DNA of 64,000 bases, taken from positions 1,120,001 through 1,184,000 of the forward strand of contig CALSNU010000001.1 in NCBI GenBank assembly GCA_943787795.1, in the 5' to 3' direction. The stretch comes from an uncultured bacterium (lineage in GTDB: Bacteria > Planctomycetota > UBA1135 > GCA-002686595). The first letter of the stretch is position 1; each line of letters begins with the position of its first letter. The position numbers were made by a program, and so were the translations under genes. Below the pieces are notes generated by a model. That model was not told where the DNA came from and made no database searches. It saw only the letters and a program-made list of their open reading frames with translations. Positions 1-8,553 of this stretch are shown here, one piece after another.

Positions 1-1
1 C

Positions 2-1225
2 GTTTCAGCGTCTGGCTCGACTCGATCTGCCCCGGACCAGATCGAGCGAGAGTTTGCCCTCTCGTTGCTCGCGAGGCTCGGCGTCCCTGGCCTCAAGACG
101 GCATTGCTCACCGTCGCCCGGGATCGGTCCGACCGGCTTCAACCGCGGGCGCTCGACATGCTCGCGCGCTGGGCCGGGCGTTTTGGCCAGGACGACGCGG
201 TCGATCGTTGCCTCGTCCAGCAGCTCGGGGCGGGGATGAGGGCTGGCGATGCTCGCCATCCGATGACGCTGCTCCTTCGGCGGATCGAGAGTTCCGGCGA
301 GCCCTTGGGTCCTCAGGCCGCCGAGCTGCTCGAAGCGCGCCTGCGAATCATGGTCCTCCAGTCTGACTGGCGTCAGCCTGCCCGAGCCATGCGGCTGCTC
401 GGGGCGCTCCCGCTCGAGGGGCAGGTCGGGGTCCTCCTCGACGCCCTGGAGGTCTGGGATCGTCGATCGCGGGGGGAGAAGGAGTACCCAGGCCTCACGC
501 GGATCCGATCTGACCTCTCAGGGGCCCTTCAGGAGATCAGCGGCAAGTTCTTCGGTCCTGAGCCCGGCCCCTGGATCGACTGGTGGGTCGCTGTGCGCCT
601 CGGCAAGGAGCCGCGCCCCGGGAGCGCGGAGTTCGAGGAGGGACAGCGGCGACGGCGGGACGAACCGCGAAGCAGCGCCGGGTTCTTCGGTCTGCGACCA
701 GACTCTGACCGTGTGACCTTCGTCCTCGACATCTCCGGGAGCATGTCGAATCTCTGGGGGACCACGAGGTCCACTCGCTACGAGGAGGCCGTTGAGCAGC
801 TTGTGAGGTTCCTTCAGGCGGCTCCTGAGAAGACGCGGTTCAACGTCATCCTCTTCAACCAGGCGGCCCTCGCCTCCAGCTCCAAGCTGGTGGAGGCCAC
901 CGCGGAGAACCTCGAGCGGGCGCGCCAGGCGCTGCTGGCCCGCGTTCCAGGCGGAGGGACCAACCCGCGGGCTGCCATCGAGCAGGCACTCCTCATGGAC
1001 GCTGATGGGCAGCCGGACGTCGACGCCCTCGAGGCAGACACGGTGATCGTGCTCTGTGACGGCGCAACCGACTCCGGGAGCGCGTGGGTGAGGCCATTCC
1101 TCGATCGCGTCCTCCCGCAGTACCCGATTCGTTTCCACTCGGTGCTGATCGGATCGGAAAGCGACGGCACTCTCGAGGCGCTCGCGGAACAGAGCGGTGG
1201 GCGCTTCCGACGCGTCGGGGGATAG
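2..1225 (+). CDS. VWA domain protein with helical (HEAT-like) N-terminal part; 5'-truncated by the window
   Basis: Frame open from base 2; MIDAS motif FVLDISGSM, FNVILF, GGTN, VIVLCDG, LAEQSGG. Confidence 0.85.
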   Translation, partial: VSASGSTRSAPDQIEREFALSLLARLGVPGLKTALLTVARDRSDRLQPRALDMLARWAGRFGQDDAVDRCLVQQLGAGMRAGDARHPMTLLLRRIESSGEPLGPQAAELLEARLRIMVLQSDWRQPARAMRLLGALPLEGQVGVLLDALEVWDRRSRGEKEYPGLTRIRSDLSGALQEISGKFFGPEPGPWIDWWVAVRLGKEPRPGSAEFEEGQRRRRDEPRSSAGFFGLRPDSDRVTFVLDISGSMSNLWGTTRSTRYEEAVEQLVRFLQAAPEKTRFNVILFNQAALASSSKLVEATAENLERARQALLARVPGGGTNPRAAIEQALLMDADGQPDVDALEADTVIVLCDGATDSGSAWVRPFLDRVLPQYPIRFHSVLIGSESDGTLEALAEQSGGRFRRVGG

Positions 1226-1460
1226 GCCGCGCTTTGCCACGTGGCGGCGGGCCCCGAGCGGCACAGCGGCTCGAAGAGGCTGCTGGCCGCCACGGTCCTG
1301 AGGCTTCAAGGGCCCGTCGATGGTGAACTCGCGGGTGCCGAATCTGAGCCTGGCAGAAGGCGGTGTCGCCGCGGGCGCTACCCCGTCGCCCGCACCGCCC
1401 GGCGGCTCCCGCGGATTGCAGGCCTCTGCTGTACCGCTACCGGCCCCGGTCGGTGGCCCC

Positions 1461-1585
1461 CCACGGCGCAGGGGTAACCACGGCGCAGGGGTAACCACGG
1501 CGCAGGGGTAACCACGGCACAGGGGGTCTCACGCCGCAGGGATCCTCACCGCGCGGGGATCTCCACCGCGCAGTGGTCCCCACGA
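1461..1585. repeat. 17-bp tandem repeat CCACGGCGCAGGGGTAA, 3 perfect plus degenerate copies
   Basis: Read directly from the sequence. Confidence 0.9.
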
Positions 1586-1804
1586 CGGGTCGGCGGCCCC
1601 GGCGCTGGGGTCAGAGAGGCGCAGTGCTCATCTCTGCGCAGGACCGGTCTCTGCAATGAACCCGCCTCGGCGCCGTGCCGCCTCTCTTCAGCGAGCCTCT
1701 CCCTCCACGGCGCCCGCTCTCGGGATGGGGGGGCCTCGCCGCCCGGCGCCTGCGACTGGCAGGGGCTCGAGCTCGCTGTTGCCCTCGCGGTGGCGCGGCC
1801 CGGC

Positions 1805-1948
1805 CAGTGGAGTGAATCCAAGGGCAAGCAGTGGAGTGAATCCAAGGGCAAGCAGCGGAGTCAATCCAAGGGCCAGCAGCGGAGTGAATCCAAGGGCAAG
1901 CAGCGAGGTGAGTCCATGGGCTGACAGCAGAGTCAAGGCATGGGCCAG
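1805..1948. repeat. 24-bp tandem repeat CAGYGGAGTGAATCCAAGGGCAAG, about 6 copies; last copy overlaps the rhomboid stop codon
   Basis: Units start at 1805, 1829, 1853, 1877, 1901 and 1925. Confidence 0.9.
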
Positions 1949-2856
1949 AGGGCGACGGTCCATGCGAGGGCGATGATCGAGAACGTCGCGGCCGCGAGGC
2001 CCGCCTGGGCGCGCGACCCAAGGCGCTCGGCGAGGTCCAACCTGCTGACGGCGACACCGATCAGCGCTCCGGCCGTGAAGCCGGTGGCGTGGGCGAGGAC
2101 ATCGACCCGCCCGGAGCCATCTCCCGCGCCGAGCCACCCGAAGAGCACCGCCCCGCCGAAGAGCGGCGCGACGCGGCGGACCCAGGGGGCGCGTGCCTTC
2201 CCCCGCCGCGCCCACTCGGAGGTCACCATCACTCCGAGCGTGCCGAAGATCGCCGTCGAGGCGCCCACGGCGGTGTGAGTCGGCGAGGTCAGGTAGGACT
2301 CGGTGAAGTTCCCGAGCGCGCCCGCTGCAAGCGTGCAGAACCATGCCAGCCCCGCACCGAGGGATTGAGCGGCGAGGATGCCGAAGAGGGAGCCGAACAC
2401 GAGGTTACCCACGAGGTGCTGCGCATCCACGTGGAGTGTCAGCGCAGTGACCGCCCTCCAAACCTCTCCGGTGCGTACCTGAGCTGCGCTCATGAGGCCC
2501 TCATCCCACCAGTTCAATCCGAACGCCCCCTTCTGTCCGATGGGGAAGAACAGCACGCAGAGCAGACCGAAGGAGAGCGCGGCCACAACGCCCTTGCTGC
2601 GAATCGGCGGGGGAGGTGGGGAGGGGTGGCCCCACGTGGCGGCCTCGGCCGCGAAGTCGACGAGCTCTGCGCTTGCGCCTGGCGCGTCGTGTGCGAGCAC
2701 GAGGACTCGGGCGCCAGCCCCGTTCACCTGGACCGAGTGCTGGATGCCCCGCGCCTGCAGGGCGAGGGCGCTGTCCCTGACCGCGCGCCGGGACCGGCCG
2801 CGGAGGACCTCCACATGGCCCGGAGGTAGTGGGCCGAAGGAGTCGGCCTGATTCAT
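1933..2856 (-). CDS. Rhomboid intramembrane serine protease with N-terminal soluble domain
   Basis: WR motif, HLVGN, catalytic GASTAIFG, AHATGF; start placed at MNQADS. Confidence 0.9.
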   Translation of the reverse strand: MNQADSFGPLPPGHVEVLRGRSRRAVRDSALALQARGIQHSVQVNGAGARVLVLAHDAPGASAELVDFAAEAATWGHPSPPPPPIRSKGVVAALSFGLLCVLFFPIGQKGAFGLNWWDEGLMSAAQVRTGEVWRAVTALTLHVDAQHLVGNLVFGSLFGILAAQSLGAGLAWFCTLAAGALGNFTESYLTSPTHTAVGASTAIFGTLGVMVTSEWARRGKARAPWVRRVAPLFGGAVLFGWLGAGDGSGRVDVLAHATGFTAGALIGVAVSRLDLAERLGSRAQAGLAAATFSIIALAWTVALWPMP

Positions 2857-2894
2857 GGCTTGGAGGGCATCTTGTCCCGCTCGTTCCTCGACTC

Positions 2895-3263
2895 TCAGCC
2901 CAGGCGCAGCAGGCAGTCGGGGCAGCGCTGGGCGCCTCGGGGAATCTCGGCCATGCACGCGGGGCACTGCGAGGACTCCGCGTCGAGGTCGATCACGTGC
3001 TGAGACGCCTCGAGGGCCACGCCCTCGGGATCGAGGCGCATGAGCTCCTCGTTAGCGTCGCGTTGGATGAGCTCGGCTGCTTGTTGAATGTCAGGCTTCG
3101 CGACCGCGAGCCAGAGGGCCGCGCCTCAGCCGTTGGGGTCGACTCCAGGCGGACAGATCACGCGGGCCTCAAGGCCCGCCTTCTCTAGGCGCACTCGCTG
3201 GTCGTTGACGGCCTTGAACTTGCCCTGGCTCAGGACGGCCATGTGTTCGGGGAGCTCGGTCAT
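2895..3263 (-). CDS. Candidate selenoprotein, 122 aa, TGA at codon 46, C-terminal double-CxxC zinc ribbon
   Basis: Manual translation: MTELPEHMAVLSQGKFKAVNDQRVRLEKAGLEARVICPPGVDPNG-U-GAALWLAVAKPDIQQAAELIQRDANEELMRLDPEGVALEASQHVIDLDAESSQCPACMAEIPRGAQRCPDCLLRLG; fills the gap between yciB and the rhomboid gene. Confidence 0.8.
3094..3112 (-). promoter_or_regulatory. Putative bacterial SECIS element
   Basis: GGCUCGC-GGUC-GCGAAGCC hairpin starting 13 nt after the UGA at 3126-3128. Confidence 0.7.
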
Positions 3264-3284
3264 GATCGTGGAGGGAGTGAGCCC

Positions 3285-3902
3285 TCAGTCTTCGGTCGGA
3301 GATTGGGGGCTGTGCCGGTGGATCAACGGCTGCTGCAGGAGCATGAACAGGAAGGTCAGTCCAAGGATCCCGAACAGCTTGAAGTTCAGCCACACCGATG
3401 TGGTCGTGGATCGCCACACCAGCTCGTTCAAGCCTGCAATCACGAGGAAGAACAATCCCCAGCGCAGAGACAGCGTACGCCAGCCCTTCTCATCGAGCTC
3501 CAAGGTGGCCCCGAGCAGGGGCTTGATCAGCGCCTTACCCAGAGCCCAGCCAATGAGGAGGGTCGAGCCCATGAGCCCGCTGACGATGGTGGGCTTGTAC
3601 TTGATGAAGCGCTCGTCGTTGAAATAGACGGTCAGGCCTCCCATCACGAGCACCACGGCGCCGGTAATGAGTGGCATGGCGTGGATCTTGCGCTCGATGG
3701 CGTAGGAGATGGCCAGAGCGATCGCGGTCACCGCCACGAAGATCCCAGTGGCCCAGATCAACCCCTGGGTGTCGTCCTCGACGATCCGCTTGGCGACGAA
3801 GAAGGTCCCGAAGAAGACCACCAGCGGGCCCATATCGAGGACGAGCTTCAGCTGGGGGGACAGGGTCGGGGCTGCCGGATCTGAGTCAGGGGAGGTCGCC
3901 AA
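3285..3902 (-). CDS. yciB: Inner membrane protein YciB (IspA/IspZ family)
   Basis: DMGPLVVFF, FNDERFIKYKPTI, NELVWR, WLNFKLFG; TTG start is approximate. Confidence 0.92.
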   Translation of the reverse strand: MATSPDSDPAAPTLSPQLKLVLDMGPLVVFFGTFFVAKRIVEDDTQGLIWATGIFVAVTAIALAISYAIERKIHAMPLITGAVVLVMGGLTVYFNDERFIKYKPTIVSGLMGSTLLIGWALGKALIKPLLGATLELDEKGWRTLSLRWGLFFLVIAGLNELVWRSTTTSVWLNFKLFGILGLTFLFMLLQQPLIHRHSPQSPTED

Positions 3903-4350
3903 GAGAAGGTGGCACGAGGGGTTGGGGCGGTTGGACGTGGAAGACGAGGCGCTCGAGCGTCCGGGGTCGAGGGGCCCCAAAGGCTACCCCGATCATGGAC
4001 GCAAGCGAGGGCTCGATCTCCGTGTCTGCTCTCGGATGAAGCTCGGCGCGAGCTCGAAGTCATAGCTCGTGGTCGCGCTGGGCCACGGTCCACGCCGATG
4101 CGCCCCTCCGTCGAAAGGGGGCCAGCACGAGGCCTCGCACCGACGCGGAGGTCCCGTCCCAGGGGGGCAGCAGTGGGAGCTGCCGGAGAGGTTCAGCGTG
4201 AAGCTCACCTGGTGCCAGGTGTCCGGTGACAGGTCACGGATCACCGGGGCTGGTCGCAAGAAGGTGGGGGGCCCTCATTCTTCCGGGAAGCACGAGTCTC
4301 CCAAGGATCGGACACGGGACCCGACGGTCGATCGGGCCCATTCTCGTTCA

Positions 4351-4452
4351 GGCCCGGCGTCCGGACAGGCCCAGCGTCCGGACAGGCCCAGCGGCCGGGC
4401 AGACCCAGCGGCCGGGCAGACCCAGCGGCCCGGAAGGCCCGGTGTCCTGTCA
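4351..4452. repeat. 17-bp tandem repeat GGCCCAGCGKCCGGRCA, about 6 copies
   Basis: Read directly from the sequence. Confidence 0.8.
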
Positions 4453-4572
4453 GGCTCAGTTCCTGATCCGCTTCAGTCTCCGATCAGGTCTGGTCTCCGG
4501 TCGGACCCCCGCACCATCGAGCTCGGCGCCCATGGGGACCCGTCAGCACCGGGCCTGTTCGCCCCGGGCCCG

Positions 4573-4722
4573 TCAATGCAGAGCCCGTCAACGCAGAGCC
4601 CGTTAACGCAGAGCCCATCAACGCAGAGCCCATCAACATCGGGCCCATCAACGCAGAGCCCATCAACATCGGGCCCATCAACACAGAGCCCATCAACACA
4701 GAGCCCATCAACACAGAGCCCG
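4573..4722. repeat. 15-bp tandem repeat TCAACRCAGAGCCCR, 10 copies, just downstream of lexA
   Basis: Read directly from the sequence. Confidence 0.92.
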
Positions 4723-4736
4723 CCTGAAGCTCCCGC

Positions 4737-5345
4737 TCAGTACTTCCGCACCACGCCGATCACGACCCCGCGAATCTCCACCTCGTCGACGATGATCGGG
4801 CTCATGGTGGAGTTGGCGGGCTGAAGGCGGAACTGATCTCCCTCGCGGTAGAAGCGCTTCAGCGTCGCGTCCCCGTCTGGAAGGACCGCCACCACCGTCT
4901 CTCCGTCACGTGCGGATTGCCGGCGCTCGATGAGGACAATGTCCCCGTCCGCGATGGCGTCCTCGATCATCGACTCCCCCTGGACCTCGAGGGCATAGAC
5001 GTCCTTACCCTCAGGTACGAGGTCCGCGAAGTCGAGCTGCTCGGGCTCCTCAATGGTCTCGATCGGAGCGCCCGCCGCGATCTTGCCAAGCACCGGGAGT
5101 GAGACCCCGCTCCCTGACTCGTCCTCGTCGTCGACGAGTTCAAGGCTCCGGCTCACTCCCTTGGCCCGTCGTCGAATCACGCCCTTGCGCTCCATCTCGG
5201 CCACGTGTCCGAAGATCGTGACCTTGTTGACGCCAAACTGGGCCGCGATCTCCTCAAGGGTCGGGCTGATGCCGTGCTCCTCGACATACGAGCGGAGGAA
5301 CTGGATGATGTCCTGCTGTCGGCGGGTCAGGGGTAGGGTGCTCAT
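4737..5345 (-). CDS. lexA: SOS transcriptional repressor LexA
   Basis: N-terminal wHTH (SPTLEEIA), IAAG cleavage site, catalytic GESM and TLKR. Confidence 0.97.
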   Translation of the reverse strand: MSTLPLTRRQQDIIQFLRSYVEEHGISPTLEEIAAQFGVNKVTIFGHVAEMERKGVIRRRAKGVSRSLELVDDEDESGSGVSLPVLGKIAAGAPIETIEEPEQLDFADLVPEGKDVYALEVQGESMIEDAIADGDIVLIERRQSARDGETVVAVLPDGDATLKRFYREGDQFRLQPANSTMSPIIVDEVEIRGVVIGVVRKY

Positions 5346-5734
5346 GGCGTTGGAATAGGGTCGTGGGGGTGTGCGTGGCAGAGCGCCAGCAAACGAGTAG
5401 ATGGGAGCTACCCCCGAGCGAACTCGTGGGCAGCTCCCGGGGAGTCACTCCGATCGCTGAGGAGGGCGATGCGACGCGGAGTGGGGTGAGGGGGATCCTG
5501 GCGGCGACCAAGCTCGCCGCGGTGATCCTGGCCTCGGCGTTGCCGAGGCTCGGACCCTTTGCAGGAGTGCTTGGGGCTGCGCTGGAGTGATCATTGAATG
5601 AATCGGTCGGTTGCCGTCACTTCGGATCTTCGGAGTCTCTGAAGGGACGGGTTGGACCCTTGGTCCCGATCGGTCCATCGGAGATAGAGACCGCCGAGAT
5701 AGAGGCCGCAAAAAATAGAGACAACGGGAGAGGG

Positions 5735-6517
5735 TCAGATGACAAAGGTGAAGGCCAGCATTGCCGCGACAAACATGTACGAGGCAGCAGCCGTCACCTG
5801 GTGCATCGAGCCCTCTCCCGAGGCCTCAGCCGATCGCAACCAGGTCGTTGCGCAGCTCCACTCAGGCTGCGCCTGAGTGGGGGTCGCCATGGGGAGAGTC
5901 TCGAGAGAGATCCGGCCCGTGGCTTCGATCATCTCGGCCGTCGCGTTCCGCACGTCGGCGGCGACCGGAGCGGCATGACGCGCCTCGACGCGCCGCCGCC
6001 GGATGATGATCGGCCGCTTACGGGCGACGGAGCGACTGCTCCGATCCTTGGCGGATCTGCCCGCGGCGGCGCGATGACCCGCAGCACGTCCGCACGACGT
6101 CGCTTCGGGGGTGCTGAGGAGAGCGGCGGCCCTGGGGGGGTGGGTCCGCAGCGTCCTGTCGAGGATGGCGAGCTCGCGGTCCTGGGAGGCGTTGAGATTG
6201 CGACCTCCGTTGGAGTGGCCGGGCCTCGAGAGCTGGCCGGGCCGGGAACCGTGCCGTTCGGCGCTCAGTTCGTTGGATGCGCCCTGGGCCCAGGCTCGAT
6301 CCGTGAAGGCCGGCTCTTCGCTTTGCCCCGCAACTCCAGCGTCCGCTGCCTCGTCGTCCGTGATGCCAATCTCGCACCAGCGTCGCATCGCCGGGGTCGA
6401 GGGAGTGGAGTCATCCGCAGCATCCAGGGCCACCGGCGGGCCTCCAAAGAGGTCGTGCTGGAGGAGGGACGGTGCCTTGGGGGCGACGGGGAACGGTGAG
6501 CGAAGGAGGCGTGTCAT
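5735..6517 (-). CDS. Hypothetical protein with disordered N-terminus and C-terminal TM helix
   Basis: 260-aa ATG ORF co-oriented upstream of lexA, ending in hydrophobic YMFVAAMLAFTFVI. Confidence 0.55.
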   Translation of the reverse strand: MTRLLRSPFPVAPKAPSLLQHDLFGGPPVALDAADDSTPSTPAMRRWCEIGITDDEAADAGVAGQSEEPAFTDRAWAQGASNELSAERHGSRPGQLSRPGHSNGGRNLNASQDRELAILDRTLRTHPPRAAALLSTPEATSCGRAAGHRAAAGRSAKDRSSRSVARKRPIIIRRRRVEARHAAPVAADVRNATAEMIEATGRISLETLPMATPTQAQPEWSCATTWLRSAEASGEGSMHQVTAAASYMFVAAMLAFTFVI

Positions 6518-6560
6518 GGCGGTTCGGGGCTGGAGTCGTCGGGAGCGGTTGAGCGCTCCC

Positions 6561-6609
6561 GAACGGGTGCCTAACCTAACCGAACCCTGAACCCGAACGG
6601 GTGCCGAAC
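6561..6609. promoter_or_regulatory. Direct-repeat operator candidates GAAC-N7-TAAC and GAAC-N7-GAAC (possible LexA boxes)
   Basis: GAACGGGTGCCTAAC at 6561-6575 and GAACGGGTGCCGAAC at 6595-6609. Confidence 0.45.
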
Positions 6610-6838
6610 CTTGGTGTTTTGACTGACAGATACCTAACCGGCGGCAGGGGGAGGGGTTAGGTGGGCGTTAGGTGTCTCTCGCGCGACCTTGATCTGGCCG
6701 TAATGGGGTAGAAACTGCTCGGATTCGTCTCGGTTGGACGCGATCCGGGGGCGGTGCGGGTCCAACGAGGCGGCACCCGAACTAGACTGTCGGGCCGCTT
6801 CTCCGTCGCCTCGTCGCTCGTCGAGGCGCCCGCACCTC

Positions 6839-8540
6839 TTGGAACAGCTCCGCCGCCTCGATCTAGACCGCTACCTGGTTCCGTTCTCACTGCGCCAGGT
6901 CCCGCAGTACCGCTATGACGTGGTGGTCCTCGGTACGGGGGTGGCGGGTTGTGTCACCGCTCTGGCCGCCGCGCGGGCGGGGGCCTCGGTGGCCGTGCTC
7001 GCCAAGGACAGCGTGGGGGTCACCAATACCTCCTGGGCCAGGGGCGGGGGTGGCAGCGGTCCTCGGGGACGACGACACCTTCGGTGCCCACCTCGCAGAC
7101 ACCGTGGACGTGGGGTGCGGCCTCGTGGATGAGGGGGTGGCCCGCCGGGTCATCGAGGGAGGCCCGGGTTCGGTGGCGCGGCTCGAGGCGCTCGGCGCCA
7201 GGTTCGACCGGGGGGAAGATGGCCGCCCTGACCTGTCCATGGAGGGCGGCCATAGCCACGCCCGGATCCTCCATGCCCGGGGCGACTCCACCGGCAAGGA
7301 GATCCAGGGCACGCTCGGCCAGGCCATCGAGGACGCGCCGGGCATTGACGTGTTCACAGAGATGTTCGGGATCGACGTCTTGAGTGACGATTCCGGGCGC
7401 ACCGTGGGGGTCCTCTGTCGCAATCACCGGGGGGAGCTCACGGCCTATGGCGCGTCCCAGGTGGTGCTGGCGACTGGCGGTGGCGGGCAGATCTATCGAG
7501 AGACGACCAACCCGACCATCGCGACGGGGGACGGCATGGCGATGGGGTTCCGTGCCGGCGCCGCCGTGCGGGACATGGAGTTCATCCAGTTTCACCCGAC
7601 CTGCTTGTACATCGCCGGCGCGGCGCGCGTCCTGATCTCCGAGATCGTGCGGGGCGCTGGCGGCGTGCTCCGTGACAAGGACGGCGTTCGGTTCATGCCG
7701 GAGGTCCATCCCGAGGCCGAACTGGCCCCGCGGGACACGGTCAGCCGTGCGGTGTCGCGGCGGATGGCCGAGACCGGATCAACGAGCGTCGGGCTCGACC
7801 TGACGGACGTGGACCGGGACCCTCACCTGGCCTTCCCCAGCATCAGTCGGATCTGTCGCTTCTTCGGGATCGACATCGCGAAGGACCCGATCCCCGTCCG
7901 CCCCGGCGCGCACTACATGATCGGGGGCCTTGCCGTCGACCCGTCCGGGCAGACGTCGGTCCCCGGACTCTGGGCTGTCGGGGAGTCTGCGAGCACGGGC
8001 CTACACGGGGCGAATCGAATGGGCTCGAACTCTCTGCTGGAGGGCATGGTCCTGGGCGAGACGGTCGGCCGTTCCGCGGCGGTTGCAGCGGAGGTCGCCG
8101 GTCGACCGGAGATCCAGAGCGCCTCTCAACGCATCCGAGAGGACGCACCGTCGGGAGTGCAGGTGAACATCGCTGACCTGACCTATTCGCTGAAGTCACT
8201 CATGTGGCGTCAGATGGGAGTCGAGCGGTCCGCCGCTGGGATGGAGGGTGCGCTGGAGACGTTCGACTTCTGGGCCCGGGCGGTTCGATCGCTCCGCCTC
8301 GACGACGACCGATCCGTCGAGCTCGTCAACATGCTCACCGTGGCGCGCCTGTCGACCCTTGGCGCCTGCCACCGAACCGAGTCTCGCGGGACTCACTTCC
8401 GGAGCGACTATCCGTCCAGGGACGACGCTGACTGGCGCGTTCACATCGAGCAGGTACCCGAACGCATGGTTGAGATCATTCGCTCTGTCGAGCTGAAGCA
8501 GACCCCGGTGCAAACCACCGAGGGCGTCCCGGCACCTTGA
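6839..8540 (+). CDS. nadB: L-aspartate oxidase, with apparent +1 frameshift near 7036-7050
   Basis: GTGVAG FAD motif and TNTSWA in one frame; EGGHS, QFHPT, ELAPRD, GLHGANRMGSNSLLE and ESRGTH in the next; break falls in C/G homopolymers. Confidence 0.93.
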
Positions 8541-8553
8541 AGGAGCGCATCTG

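Noticed and set aside
3126..3128. Genome-wide UGA reassignment (genetic code 4 or 25)
   Set aside because: Most genes in the window end in TGA at their expected C-termini, so readthrough here would have to be site-specific.
4130..4300. 6S RNA, SRP RNA or riboswitch
   Set aside because: Diagnostic conserved motifs were not found in the right order; kept only as an unassigned hairpin cluster.
4069..4824. 251-aa ORF with PSTQS repeats
   Set aside because: Product of 17- and 15-bp tandem repeats; it runs antisense into lexA.
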